Shown: positions 10,556 through 20,982 of the stretch, one piece after another
Position numbering within the stretch: position 1 is the first letter of the stretch
How the letters are laid out: each line of letters starts with the position of its first letter
NCBI GenBank assembly: GCA_902776955.1
Contig: CACYSG010000003.1
Span: 30,184 to 94,183 of the forward strand
Reading direction: 5' to 3'
Length of the DNA: 64,000 nucleotides
Origin: an uncultured Bacteroidales bacterium
Lineage (GTDB): Bacteria > Bacteroidota > Bacteroidia > Bacteroidales > Muribaculaceae
Translations under genes and position numbers: made by a program
The notes under the pieces: generated by a model
The model's database searches: none
Told to the model about the DNA's origin: nothing
Seen by the model: the letters and a program-made list of their open reading frames with translations, nothing else

Positions 10556-11236
10556 TTATTTCAAGCGGTAGAAGTAGCCCAGGGTCACCATGATGGACAT
10601 GGAGTTGGAGCTGGAGAACACATCGGTCTTGTGATTGGGGAACACATCGGTCAGTCCATAGTAGAACCGTCCCTCGAGCAACAAGGAATTCTTTGTGTTC
10701 AGGTTGATTTCCATGCCGGCTCCGGCGAAGATGCCATAATCCAACTTGCTGTCGATGGACATGTCCAACTGCTCGACGTGACGCGTATTCTGGGCGAAAT
10801 AGTCCATCATTTCAGTACTGCCGTACTCAAAATTGGAAGAAACTCCGTGAGCAATCATCACGTTGATCTCGGGACCCAGGTTGAAAAAGCCTTTTACCCG
10901 TTTGTTGCCAAAGAAGATATGGGTCATCACGGGCAGCTCAAGATAGGTGAAGCGGTGATTGTAACGGTATTGCGAGTCGTCAAATTTCTCTTTCCATCCC
11001 CGTTGGGCAAGGTTGAGTTCGGCGACCAGGCCGAAGTGATTCTCCTCGACGTAGCGGAACATCACACCTGCCGTCATGCCGGGCAACATCATCTGCTCGA
11101 CAGTGGGGTTGAAGTTCACACGTGAGAAAGTGGCCCCCGCCTTGCCGCCAACCGAAATTTTTCCCTTGTAGTGGGTCTGGGCTGGCGTCGACAATGCGGC
11201 CAGAGTCATCAACAGGATGAGAAACAGATGCCTCAT
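10556..11236 (-). CDS. PorT-like outer-membrane beta-barrel (porin family) protein
   Basis: Signal peptide, YLELPVMTH, alternating beta strands, EGRFYYGL, C-terminal aromatic strand. Confidence 0.75.
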   Translation of the reverse strand: MRHLFLILLMTLAALSTPAQTHYKGKISVGGKAGATFSRVNFNPTVEQMMLPGMTAGVMFRYVEENHFGLVAELNLAQRGWKEKFDDSQYRYNHRFTYLELPVMTHIFFGNKRVKGFFNLGPEINVMIAHGVSSNFEYGSTEMMDYFAQNTRHVEQLDMSIDSKLDYGIFAGAGMEINLNTKNSLLLEGRFYYGLTDVFPNHKTDVFSSSNSMSIMVTLGYFYRLK

Positions 11237-13263
11237 TTCACATGCACCGTGATTTGGTGATCGGGGGAGAAGTGAACGACCTCGATGGCCTGATTGGTGT
11301 AGCCGCGCCAGGGCTCGCTACGGTTCCAGCTGAAGCTGGTCTGGATGCCGCGATACAACGGAGTCTCACCGTCAATCACGCCACCGACACCGAGCGACTT
11401 GAGGAGGTACATACCCGTGTCGAAGCCGTAGATGGCCATGTTGGGCACCGCCTGTAAGGGCTCGCCGCCAAAGTTCGTCTTGTAGGCTGACTCCAGGTCC
11501 CGGGTGCGGAATCCCTTGGCGTTAAAGAAGCGGGTGAACATGTGGGTATCCACATCCTGGAGGTCGGTCTGATAGTCCTTGAGATAAAGCACATACTCGG
11601 GATAGGCAATCAGCGACAGGTCGCAGTCGAAGCGTTCGCTCTTGACCTCCTTGAGCGCCTTGATGTATTTCTTGATCAAATTCTTGTCTCCATTGGTGGG
11701 AATGAAGACGTATTTTGAACCGGGATTCATGTGGTTGGAAATGTCATTATAGGTGAGGTCCCCATTAACCTTGATGGATGACGTGGGGTACTTCTTGTCG
11801 CTGATGTGATTGCGAATGAGCTCAAACATTTCCTTGTCGTTATCGCCAGCCGCATCCAGATAGATGACGTTATAGCCGTTGAACTGTTCGTCAAACCACG
11901 CCATCACGCGTTGCATCAACTCGTTGGTGGGAGTGTTCACCTGATAGACGTAGGGGTTGTCGAGATAGTCCTCGTTCTTGGTGGTGAAGCAGTTCATTAC
12001 CGGGACGCCGTTGGCCTTGCCGAAAGCGTTGATCCTGGCCAGTTGCTGCGGCTCGCTGGGTGCGATGATCATGTTCATCCCCCTAAGTTCGGGCAGGGAC
12101 AGGATGCTATCGGTGGCATTAAGGTTGTGGCGGGTGTCATACACCTTGATGTTGAAATGCTTGTCGGTCACATTGCGCGCGCTGTCCATCGCCAGCAGGA
12201 ATCCCTTGTAAAAGTCGGTGTAGAGATAGGCTTGCTTGGGCGGTGCGGACTTGTGCAGTTGGAAGGGGAGAATCAATGCCACATTCACCTCGTTATCAAG
12301 ACGCTTAGCGACAAGGTTGCCATACAAGTCGTTGATGCGGGGCTCGTAATAGGCTCTCAACTCCTCGACGGGGATGGTTGCCATCTCGCCCTGCACCTGC
12401 TCGGTATAAGGCTTGGGCAGGACGATGGTTTTGCCCTTTTTCACCTTTTTCAAGTCGGGGTTGGCTGCCTTGAGTTCTTCCTCGGTAATGCCGTTGCTTG
12501 CTGCAATCGAAGCATAGGTGTCACCGCGCTGTACCTCGTATTTGTAGTTGCGTCGTGCAATTCGCTCATACTGGAAGGGCAGGGCCGTATTGGGGACGAC
12601 CTTGATTTGTGTTCCAGGAACATAACCGCTGGGAGTGATGCCGGGATTGGTGACAATCAGGCTCTCGATGCTGGCGTTATATTGCTTGGCGACCGTGTAG
12701 ATATCCTCACCGGCGGCCAGGGTGTAATAAACCGGTTCGCTGCCCTGGGGCTGTGTGGCTGTCGTGGTGACCGTGCTGTGGGAGAAGGCATCATGGACTT
12801 GCTGGCTGGCTCCGGATGCAACAGCGGCTTCGGCTGGTTTGGTCGGAATCACCAGTTTCTGGCCAATCTTAATGCCATTATCCGAGCCGGGGTTAGCAGC
12901 AATCAGTTCATCGACGGTGACACGATAACGCTTGGCAAGGCCATAGAGCGTCTCGCCCTGCTCGACAACATGAATTGTTTGTGCGACAGTGGCTTGGGGT
13001 GCGGCTACCGTCTTGCCGTCAACGGGGAAATAGAGTCTCATGCCCGGGTCGATGCCGTCGGCGGCATCGGGGTTGTTCTTGATGATATCGTCCTTGGTGA
13101 CGCCAAGTTTGGCGGCGATGTCATAGATACTTTCGCCCGCACGAGTCTCATAATAGTAGAACTCATGTCCGGCAACTGTGGTTTTTGGCAGGTTGTTTTG
13201 CGCCTGTCCGATAAAGGCGGATAAGGTGATTACCGCCAACGTCAGTATCTGCTTAAAGTCCAT
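11233..13263 (-). CDS. Multi-LysM protein with C-terminal periplasmic-binding-protein-like domain
   Basis: Four LysM repeats (GESIYDIA, GETLYGLA, GEDIYTVA, GDTYASIA); NVALILPF..FYKGFLLA. Confidence 0.85.
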   Translation of the reverse strand: MDFKQILTLAVITLSAFIGQAQNNLPKTTVAGHEFYYYETRAGESIYDIAAKLGVTKDDIIKNNPDAADGIDPGMRLYFPVDGKTVAAPQATVAQTIHVVEQGETLYGLAKRYRVTVDELIAANPGSDNGIKIGQKLVIPTKPAEAAVASGASQQVHDAFSHSTVTTTATQPQGSEPVYYTLAAGEDIYTVAKQYNASIESLIVTNPGITPSGYVPGTQIKVVPNTALPFQYERIARRNYKYEVQRGDTYASIAASNGITEEELKAANPDLKKVKKGKTIVLPKPYTEQVQGEMATIPVEELRAYYEPRINDLYGNLVAKRLDNEVNVALILPFQLHKSAPPKQAYLYTDFYKGFLLAMDSARNVTDKHFNIKVYDTRHNLNATDSILSLPELRGMNMIIAPSEPQQLARINAFGKANGVPVMNCFTTKNEDYLDNPYVYQVNTPTNELMQRVMAWFDEQFNGYNVIYLDAAGDNDKEMFELIRNHISDKKYPTSSIKVNGDLTYNDISNHMNPGSKYVFIPTNGDKNLIKKYIKALKEVKSERFDCDLSLIAYPEYVLYLKDYQTDLQDVDTHMFTRFFNAKGFRTRDLESAYKTNFGGEPLQAVPNMAIYGFDTGMYLLKSLGVGGVIDGETPLYRGIQTSFSWNRSEPWRGYTNQAIEVVHFSPDHQITVHVK

Positions 13264-13435
13264 ATATCAATAGATTATTTATCGTAACTTAAAGTAATGG
13301 TCTATTATTTTGGGTGCATAAAGCACAAAATATGAGGCAAAAATACTAATATTTGTTCAAAAAAACATGAAAAGCGGCTGAAAAATTAGCATTCCAGCGG
13401 CAAATAGATTTCATGTTTCCAACGGCAATAAAGGC

Positions 13436-15652
13436 TTACTGGGGATTGACGACCCGGTCACCGATGTAGGCGGCTAGTTTGTGGCGCACATCGTATAACT
13501 GCTGCAGGTGTTCCATGAGTTGCGGTAACTCATCGGCCTGGGCCTGGGCTATGCGTGATTTAACCTCGTTGATGCGTTGCACGAGAATCGCATTTTTCCA
13601 GTTGTACAGACGCACGGGAACAAGCGTCAGCAGCCTGTCCTGTTCTTCAAGTATCACTGCAAATTGTGTGTGTATTCGGCTGAGCTGAGGCAGATTATCT
13701 GCGGCCAAGTCACAAGCCAGTTGTCTCACCTCATCATCATCGATAGAGCACAACACTTTCATCAGATAATTGCTGCTGAATTGCTGTTGCTCGTTCTTGA
13801 TCATGAGGCTCGCCTGGGCTTCAACGTTTTTCCTGATGCGTTCTTGCGCGTTGATGAGTGCTGCGCTGTCCAGGGCAACGGGTTCTGACTGGTTCTGGCG
13901 CTCGGTTTCCTCGGTAACAAACTGGGCTACCCGTTCATTGAGCGCCTCGTTAAAGCGTGCATAGTCCTGATAGTAAGGATTAATCTGCTGCTTTGAGATT
14001 TCAAAGATACGGCGGTACAGCGGAACCGAGAAACTCATTTCATCGAGTTCCAATTCATTACTGATGTGTTCCAGAACTGTTGAATGGCGAACTGTGCCGT
14101 CATCATATTGGGTGTCGGTCAAGTAACACATTCCGTAGTTGACAATCAGCCTGATGACTTCGCGCTCCTGTAAGGCTATACCACTGGTGGCGGCAGTGTT
14201 AGATGGTGTGCTGACAGGTTGCGGGGCGACGGTATCGGCTGGGGCCTCGTCTATCATGGGCGGTGGCGGTGTTTCGTCATCATCAGCGGCTTGGCCCATG
14301 CGCTGTTCGCGAGCCTTTTGCTGTTCGCGCTCCTTGTGCCACTGTTCCTTGTATTTGCCACGGTAATATTTGATCTGCCGCAGGATGGTCTGCTCGTCAA
14401 AGGCAAACAGATTGCTGCACTCCTTAGCATAGACCATTCGGGCGATTTCGTCAGGAATCAGCGCGATGGACTTGACCACGTCGGTGATGGCGGCAGAACG
14501 CTTAATCGGGTCGTTTTTAGCGTCTTTCAGGACGATATCCGACTTGAAATTGATGAAATCAACCTCGTGGTCATTGATATATTCCTCGACCTCGGTATGG
14601 CTGTGGGCACGGACAAAGGTGTCGGGGTCGTCTTCGGGGGGCAATGGCAACACTTTGATGCTGATGCCTTCCCTCAATAACATATCAACGCCGCGGATGG
14701 CCGCCTTGATACCGGCGGCATCACCGTCAAACATCTCGGTGACATTGCTGGTAAAGCGACGAATGGCGTGGATATGCCCCTCGGTCAAAGCGGTACCCGA
14801 CGAGGCGATCACGTTCTTGAATCCTGCCTGATGCATCGAGATCACATCGGCATAACCCTCGACGATGAAGCATTTATCCAGTTTGCTGATTTCGCGTTTG
14901 GCCTGATACAGGCCGTAAATGACGTTGCGCTTGAGGTATACCGCCGACTCGGGGGAGTTGACATATTTGGCGATATCCTTGTCCTTCTTGAGCGTGCGCC
15001 CACCGAAGGCGATGACCTTTCCGGCGATGTTCATGATGGGAAACATCACGCGTCCCCTGAAACGGTCGTGGCCGCCACGGTCATCGGGAATGCACAAGCC
15101 CACGTCAAACAGTAGCTGCGGGTTAAATCCCTGGGCTATCGCCGCCTGATAGAAGTCGTTGTAGCCCTCGCTGGAGTAGCCGAGGCGGAACTCCTTGATC
15201 GTCGCATCGTTGAAACCACGTTCCTTGAAATAACTGAGACCGATTTCCTGCCCGGCTTGTGTCTCATGGAGCTGGCGCTCAAAATAACTGCAAGCCCACT
15301 CGTTGAGCATGAGCATCGCCTCGCGCTGGGTCTGGGCCTGTTTTTCCTCATCGGTGAGTTCTTTTTCCTCGATTTCGATGTGGTATTTACGGGCCAGGTA
15401 GCGCAAAGCCTCAGGATAGCTGAGTTGCTCGTGTTTCATGATGAAATTGACCGCGCTGCCGCCCTCGCCGCAGGCAAAGCACTTGCAGATGCCCTTAGCG
15501 CGCGAGACGTAGAACGAAGGCCTGCGGTCGTTGTGGAACGGACACAAGCCGATCCAGTTGGCGCCCCTTCTCTTGAGACTCACGAAGTCGCTCACCACGT
15601 CCACGATGTCGGCCGTGTCGAGAATCTGCTGTACTGTATTGTGGTCTATCAT
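13436..15652 (-). CDS. dnaG: DNA primase
   Basis: CPFH..CFAC zinc finger, FRGRVMFPI, KYVNSPES, VEGYADV, FDGDAAG Toprim. Confidence 0.97.
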   Translation of the reverse strand: MIDHNTVQQILDTADIVDVVSDFVSLKRRGANWIGLCPFHNDRRPSFYVSRAKGICKCFACGEGGSAVNFIMKHEQLSYPEALRYLARKYHIEIEEKELTDEEKQAQTQREAMLMLNEWACSYFERQLHETQAGQEIGLSYFKERGFNDATIKEFRLGYSSEGYNDFYQAAIAQGFNPQLLFDVGLCIPDDRGGHDRFRGRVMFPIMNIAGKVIAFGGRTLKKDKDIAKYVNSPESAVYLKRNVIYGLYQAKREISKLDKCFIVEGYADVISMHQAGFKNVIASSGTALTEGHIHAIRRFTSNVTEMFDGDAAGIKAAIRGVDMLLREGISIKVLPLPPEDDPDTFVRAHSHTEVEEYINDHEVDFINFKSDIVLKDAKNDPIKRSAAITDVVKSIALIPDEIARMVYAKECSNLFAFDEQTILRQIKYYRGKYKEQWHKEREQQKAREQRMGQAADDDETPPPPMIDEAPADTVAPQPVSTPSNTAATSGIALQEREVIRLIVNYGMCYLTDTQYDDGTVRHSTVLEHISNELELDEMSFSVPLYRRIFEISKQQINPYYQDYARFNEALNERVAQFVTEETERQNQSEPVALDSAALINAQERIRKNVEAQASLMIKNEQQQFSSNYLMKVLCSIDDDEVRQLACDLAADNLPQLSRIHTQFAVILEEQDRLLTLVPVRLYNWKNAILVQRINEVKSRIAQAQADELPQLMEHLQQLYDVRHKLAAYIGDRVVNPQ

Positions 15653-15672
15653 CTTGATGCTAGCATTTTATA

Positions 15673-17895
15673 CTATTGTTTATGTCGAAGGTCACACACG
15701 ACATCGGGTATCAAGGCCTGATCGACCGTCGACACACCGTGAAGGCGCAACTCTACCGCGTCGACCTTGAAGGCGTGGCGGAACTTAGCGGTATCGCCGT
15801 TCATGAGTTTGAGCGATTGACGATAGGTTTGTATGGCCTCCTGTGTCTTGCCTTGGCACAAGAGAGTGTGCCCGCGGTTCAACAGGTCCTGGGGCGACGG
15901 CGTGTCGTCACGGGCGATTCGGTCATAGTAGTCGATGGCCCTGTCATAGTCATTGAGCAGGAACGAACACCAAGCGATGGGACGCCAAGCCCGGTGTTTA
16001 GCTCCCTCCATGAGGTCGGCCTTGAAGTACTGCTGGAGCGCCTCGCTGGTGTGGCCGTCTTCAAGCAGGATGTGGCCAATGGTGAGTGTCAGTGACACGT
16101 TGTCGGGACGCATGGCCTCGACTCGCCGGTAATAGTCCAGCGCCTTGTCGTGCTCGCCGAGTTGGCGGTAGCAGGCGGCCATATGCCTCATGTTCCATTC
16201 CTCATCTTCATGCAAGAGTTCGTAGCGCTTGAAGTAGTCCAGCGCCTTACGTGCCTTGCCTGCATTCTGGTAGGCAAAACCGATTTTCTGGTAAATGTGG
16301 TCATCGGTGGCATCCTCCATGCCCTCGAGCCGCGTAAAACACTTGATGGCATCGTCGTAGAACGCGTTTTTGAAATACAACGTTCCCAACAGTTCCAGCA
16401 CATGGGCGTCCCGCGACACGCGGGTTACCGGAATGCAATCGGTCATGTCAAGACCCGCATGATCCATGATGGCGATGAACTCGCGACGGCGGGAAAATAG
16501 CTTGAAAAAGCGATACAGGTCCTGGACGAATGCGTTGACAATAGCCACGCGCTGCTTCGTGCTGTCGGGCAACTCGGACTGTCGGGCCTCGTTGAGCGCG
16601 GCATTCTGCTCCTCGAGCTGGGCTGACATCATGCTGCGCTGCGAGTCGGGTAGGGCGCCGAGTGAGAGGCAGAAGGAGTATTTGTCACTGTTGCACAGAT
16701 ATGGAGCGTGCTGCACCACGTCGGCCAGGCCGATTCGGGCAGCGCCGAGGCTTTCAATAATCGTCGAATGGACCGAATGGAAGGGCAAGAACCAGTTACT
16801 CAGCGTCTTAAAGAACGGGAAAGTCTTCAGGTGGGCAAAGGTGGCGATGAACACATCGCTGCCCTCGAGCTGCATGGCGTTAAACTCCTCGATGCGCCTT
16901 GTGATACCGCTCTGGTCCAGCCACTGCTGCCAGTCGGGGTTGGCCTCGATGTCACTCAGGTCGATGACTTGGGAATCCTTGTCCTTGAGTTTGTCGATGA
17001 TGTCGGGCCGCATCTTCATGATGTTGGGAATCAGGTCGTCACGCACGCGCTGCTTGATGTTCTCGGTATTGCGGGAACGAGCCAGTTGCACCTGTATGCT
17101 CCACACATCCTGGGCAAACTCGGGAACGTCGGCCAAGGTAGCGATGCGCGAGTTGACGCCCTTGGACGAGGCGGCACGTTTACCATGGGCCAGCATCGCC
17201 AACATGGCGCAAGTCAAAGCGCGCAACTGGACCTGCGGCTCGTCGCTCTGGACATAGGCCTCGAGCAGGATGAGCAACTTGCCCTCGTCATAGAACATCA
17301 TCAGTCCCAGCAGCAGGGCCGCCACGATCAAGCAACGGGTGTGAACCGGAAGGATGTCGCCGCTGATGCACAGCTTGAGGCTGCTAGCATCCTCGGTCGA
17401 CAGCGGAAAAGCCGACCATACGCGGTTAAATAATTTCGTCTCGAGGGCTTCCACCTGTCTGAGACGTGACATAATGGCATGATTATCGCTTTTTTCTGAC
17501 GATGCTGACTCGACAAGGTGCAGTTCTTTCAACGCTTCACGATACTCCTCGACGAGACCGACAAGCGAGGTGTTGCCTAGCTCACGGCGCCTGGCATAGA
17601 AGACTTCGGGACTGAGCGGTTCCTTGAGACTGATGTAGGTGCGGTCGTTAAGCGTATATAAAGACTGGCAGATGTCCGACATGATTTGGTCGCGCTGGGG
17701 GTCCATCACGCCTTGTTCCAGGTACTTAAGCATGAACGTGTAGGACATGCGCAGCCTCTCCAACTCGTCATTCAAGCTGGTGCGTCCAGTTTCCTCCACA
17801 AGGGTGGTGATATGGCCAAAGGCATCATTCACTTCGGCATTGTCAATGCACCGTGTCGCCAAGCTGTGGATATTATCAATTTCTTGAATTGTCAT
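15673..17895 (-). CDS. Tetratricopeptide repeat protein (conserved Bacteroidales)
   Basis: C-terminal TPR helices; CNSDKYSF motif. Confidence 0.8.
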   Translation of the reverse strand: MTIQEIDNIHSLATRCIDNAEVNDAFGHITTLVEETGRTSLNDELERLRMSYTFMLKYLEQGVMDPQRDQIMSDICQSLYTLNDRTYISLKEPLSPEVFYARRRELGNTSLVGLVEEYREALKELHLVESASSEKSDNHAIMSRLRQVEALETKLFNRVWSAFPLSTEDASSLKLCISGDILPVHTRCLIVAALLLGLMMFYDEGKLLILLEAYVQSDEPQVQLRALTCAMLAMLAHGKRAASSKGVNSRIATLADVPEFAQDVWSIQVQLARSRNTENIKQRVRDDLIPNIMKMRPDIIDKLKDKDSQVIDLSDIEANPDWQQWLDQSGITRRIEEFNAMQLEGSDVFIATFAHLKTFPFFKTLSNWFLPFHSVHSTIIESLGAARIGLADVVQHAPYLCNSDKYSFCLSLGALPDSQRSMMSAQLEEQNAALNEARQSELPDSTKQRVAIVNAFVQDLYRFFKLFSRRREFIAIMDHAGLDMTDCIPVTRVSRDAHVLELLGTLYFKNAFYDDAIKCFTRLEGMEDATDDHIYQKIGFAYQNAGKARKALDYFKRYELLHEDEEWNMRHMAACYRQLGEHDKALDYYRRVEAMRPDNVSLTLTIGHILLEDGHTSEALQQYFKADLMEGAKHRAWRPIAWCSFLLNDYDRAIDYYDRIARDDTPSPQDLLNRGHTLLCQGKTQEAIQTYRQSLKLMNGDTAKFRHAFKVDAVELRLHGVSTVDQALIPDVVCDLRHKQ

Positions 17896-18068
17896 TTATT
17901 TTAATGTCATTAATGGGCGTTAGTAGAACTGGACCTTGCAAATCTTATGCAAATTTAGTAATAATTGCCGTGAAACACGAAATTTCTTGTGGATTATTGT
18001 TGATTATAGAAATATTTCCGTAATTTTGCCGCAAAATTATTAAGAGAAACAATAAAGACAACTTTATT

Positions 18069-18518
18069 ATGGTAATTCAACGCATTCAATCTGTTTACTT
18101 GCTCATTGCCATCATTCTGATGGTGGTGTTTGCGTTTTTTCCCGCTTTGACTTTTGAACTTGGCGGCCGTCAGTTTGTTTATGGAGCACTTGAGGCAGGC
18201 AAAGTGGGCGTCACTCATGTTGACCCCTTGATGCTCATGCTGATTATTCTGATATCCCTTATTGCCTTGATGGACATCTTCCTGTACAAGAACCTGCAGC
18301 GTCAGATGACCGTATGCTTCGTGGATATTCTTATCGGCATCGCGATGATTGTTGCCATTTGCATTGTGGCTGTTCTTGAAAGCCGCAGGGAGGGTATTGT
18401 CATCACTCCGCAGTGGTATTTGATTTTGCCTGTGCTGTCCATCGTCTTCCTGATGCTGGCGCACAAGTCGATGTCCAACGACAAGAAAAAACTGCGTGAC
18501 GCCGACAGGCTCCGTTAA
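18069..18518 (+). CDS. DUF4293-like membrane protein
   Basis: MVIQRIQSVYLL start, IFLYKN..RQ, C-terminal DADRLR; about 4 TM segments. Confidence 0.8.
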   Translation: MVIQRIQSVYLLIAIILMVVFAFFPALTFELGGRQFVYGALEAGKVGVTHVDPLMLMLIILISLIALMDIFLYKNLQRQMTVCFVDILIGIAMIVAICIVAVLESRREGIVITPQWYLILPVLSIVFLMLAHKSMSNDKKKLRDADRLR

Positions 18519-18605
18519 TTCAGTAATTGGCTTTAATTTCAAGCAGTTGTCAGTAGAGACGTTATAGCAAGCGTCTGTACAATTCCTAAATCATAAGATT
18601 CTGCA

Positions 18606-19943
18606 ATGGTTACAGCAATGATTGCCATCTTTGTGCTCGGCTATGTGCTGATCACATTGGAACATCCCCTTCACATCAACAAAGCCACATTTGCATTGAT
18701 CACATGTGCTGTTCTGTGGTCAATCTATGCGCTATGGGGCAATGATCCTCACATCCACGGGGCGATTGTCAACCAGTTGGGAGATGCGTGTGAGATTGTG
18801 GTCTTCCTCATTGGAGCAATGACCATTGTGGAGATTATCGACCGTTACGGCGGTTTCTCATTCATTACCGAGAACATCAACGCCCGCAGCAAGCGTCACC
18901 TGTTGTGGATCATGTGCACGCTGTCGTTTATCATGTCGGCCGTGCTGGATAATATGACCACGACCATCATCATGGTGATGATGCTCAGGCGTTTGCTCAG
19001 TGACCAGAAGGAGCGTTGGCTCTTTGCCGGACTCATCGTTATCGCCGCCAATGCCGGTGGCGCGTTCTCACCGATTGGTGACGTGACGACCATCATGCTG
19101 TGGATGGACGAGAAGGTGTCGTCTGTTGGTCTGCTCATCAACCTGCTCATCCCCAGTATCGTTGCTATGGTGGTACCGGTGTTTATCGCTCAATTCTATA
19201 TCAAGGAGGGCAAGATGCAGAAGATCACCCGCATGTCGGACAAGAACCCCGATCTTCATGACCGTCATCCCCACTTGAGCAAGGCGATGCTCATCATCGG
19301 TATTGCGGGTCTGTTGTTCGTGCCTGTGTTCAAGACCGTTACGGGCCTTCCCCCGTTCATGGGCATCATGCTGTCATTGGGCGTGATTTGGGGTATCACC
19401 GAGATTTGGGTGAAGCGCTTCAAGATCGACTCCAAGATGGGTGGCCGCGTATCTTCGGCCCTGCACACCATCGACATGCCCACGATTCTGTTCTTCCTGG
19501 GTATCCTGATGGCCGTGTCGGCACTGTCCGAGGTTGGCGTCCTCAATACCCTGGCCGACGAAATGAACACCAATATCCACGAACCCGTGATGATGACCTC
19601 GATTATCGGTGTTCTCTCGTCCATCGTGGATAACGTGCCTCTGGTATCGGCTTGTATCAAGATGTTTGAAAGTATGGCACCCGCCGGGACCACCGATCCT
19701 TATCTGTTGACATTTGTCGAGGACGGCTTGTTCTGGCACCTGCTGACCTTCTGCGCCGGCGTGGGTGGCTCGCTCCTCATCATCGGTTCGGCCGCTGGTG
19801 TAGTTGCCATGGGCATCGAGAAGATACCGTTCTTCTGGTACTTCAAGCGCATCTCGCTGCTGGCCTTGGCCGGATATGTTATGGGCATCCTGATCATTTA
19901 TGTTGAGAGCCTGCTTCCCTTCTTTCTCCAAACAGGAGGCTAG
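18606..19943 (+). CDS. nhaD: Na+/H+ antiporter, NhaD family
   Basis: LDNMTTTI, AANAGGAFSPIGDVTT, SSIVDNVPLV, GGSLLIIGSAAGV. Confidence 0.9.
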   Translation: MVTAMIAIFVLGYVLITLEHPLHINKATFALITCAVLWSIYALWGNDPHIHGAIVNQLGDACEIVVFLIGAMTIVEIIDRYGGFSFITENINARSKRHLLWIMCTLSFIMSAVLDNMTTTIIMVMMLRRLLSDQKERWLFAGLIVIAANAGGAFSPIGDVTTIMLWMDEKVSSVGLLINLLIPSIVAMVVPVFIAQFYIKEGKMQKITRMSDKNPDLHDRHPHLSKAMLIIGIAGLLFVPVFKTVTGLPPFMGIMLSLGVIWGITEIWVKRFKIDSKMGGRVSSALHTIDMPTILFFLGILMAVSALSEVGVLNTLADEMNTNIHEPVMMTSIIGVLSSIVDNVPLVSACIKMFESMAPAGTTDPYLLTFVEDGLFWHLLTFCAGVGGSLLIIGSAAGVVAMGIEKIPFFWYFKRISLLALAGYVMGILIIYVESLLPFFLQTGG

Positions 19944-19970
19944 CCGATAAAACAGCATTTATCACAATAT

Positions 19971-20013
19971 AACAAGGGCGGGAACCGGATGATTCTGAGT
20001 TCCCGCCCTTGTT
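19971..20013. terminator. Hairpin terminator between convergent genes
   Basis: aacaagggcgggaac ... gttcccgcccttgtt. Confidence 0.75.
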
Positions 20014-20033
20014 GTTAGTGTAAATCAAGAGAA

Positions 20034-20948
20034 CTAATCCTCTACCGTGATGAGGTAAATCTTACCGTCGGGGGTAGAGAAGGCTATCTTGCCGGACTCG
20101 GGCGAGGGCAGGGGATAGGTGGCGATGACGTCACTGCCCGTGAGCACCTGTTGCTGTCCGTCCAGGGTGCGGGCTACAATCGACGAGGCGATGACCGTAT
20201 ACTCGTTATCGGTCTCGCTCATGCCGACGATGGTGCTGTTGTCCCACCACTTGGGAGCCGTGAGATCGCCCATCGGGATGACATTATTGCCATCGGTATC
20301 ACAGACAAACGTGCCACGGCCGCTCACATAGTAGAGCACCCTCGATCCGTCGGGTGAAAGCGAAGCCCAAATGTAACGCTCGTTCTCACCGTTAGGCGCC
20401 AGCATCGTGGTCTGGTTGTCACGCGTGATAAAGAGTTTCAAGTGATGCCTGGTCAACGCGGGACGCGAGACAGACTGATTCGCACCCTTGATGAGGGTGT
20501 GCTTCTTCACTTGACCGTCGGTCACGGTGATGACCATTCCATGATCCACATCGAAGCCCTGCTGCTTGCGTGTGGCCTTGACAAGCGTCTGCTGCTTGCC
20601 GTTCAGCAAATCAATAGACTTGACGGCATGCTGGCGGCGACGGTCCTTATAGGACACCTGGTCATAGACGATTTGCCGCCCGTCGTCGCTGATGCGTACA
20701 TCGGCACCCGCGCCCTCGTCGTTGGTCACGGTTGTTGCCGTATGCGTTGCAAAGTCCCACTTGACGAGTCCATGCTTGGTATCGGTTGAGAGCAACAGGT
20801 AATCACCTTGCGGGCTGATGGCGACAGCTTGGGTTACCGAACCGTCGTTGCGACTGATGTCTAGGGGCTCTACCGAGGTCACATGCATGATTTGGCCCTG
20901 GGCACCGATAGCCCAAAGAATTGAAATTGCTATTATCGTTTTCTTCAT
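20034..20948 (-). CDS. Secreted TolB-like/PD40 beta-propeller protein
   Basis: Signal peptide; ISPQG, ISDDG, LSPDG repeats. Confidence 0.7.
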   Translation of the reverse strand: MKKTIIAISILWAIGAQGQIMHVTSVEPLDISRNDGSVTQAVAISPQGDYLLLSTDTKHGLVKWDFATHTATTVTNDEGAGADVRISDDGRQIVYDQVSYKDRRRQHAVKSIDLLNGKQQTLVKATRKQQGFDVDHGMVITVTDGQVKKHTLIKGANQSVSRPALTRHHLKLFITRDNQTTMLAPNGENERYIWASLSPDGSRVLYYVSGRGTFVCDTDGNNVIPMGDLTAPKWWDNSTIVGMSETDNEYTVIASSIVARTLDGQQQVLTGSDVIATYPLPSPESGKIAFSTPDGKIYLITVED

Positions 20949-20982
20949 AATTCCGTTTCAATAAATGAGATAAATAATCGGC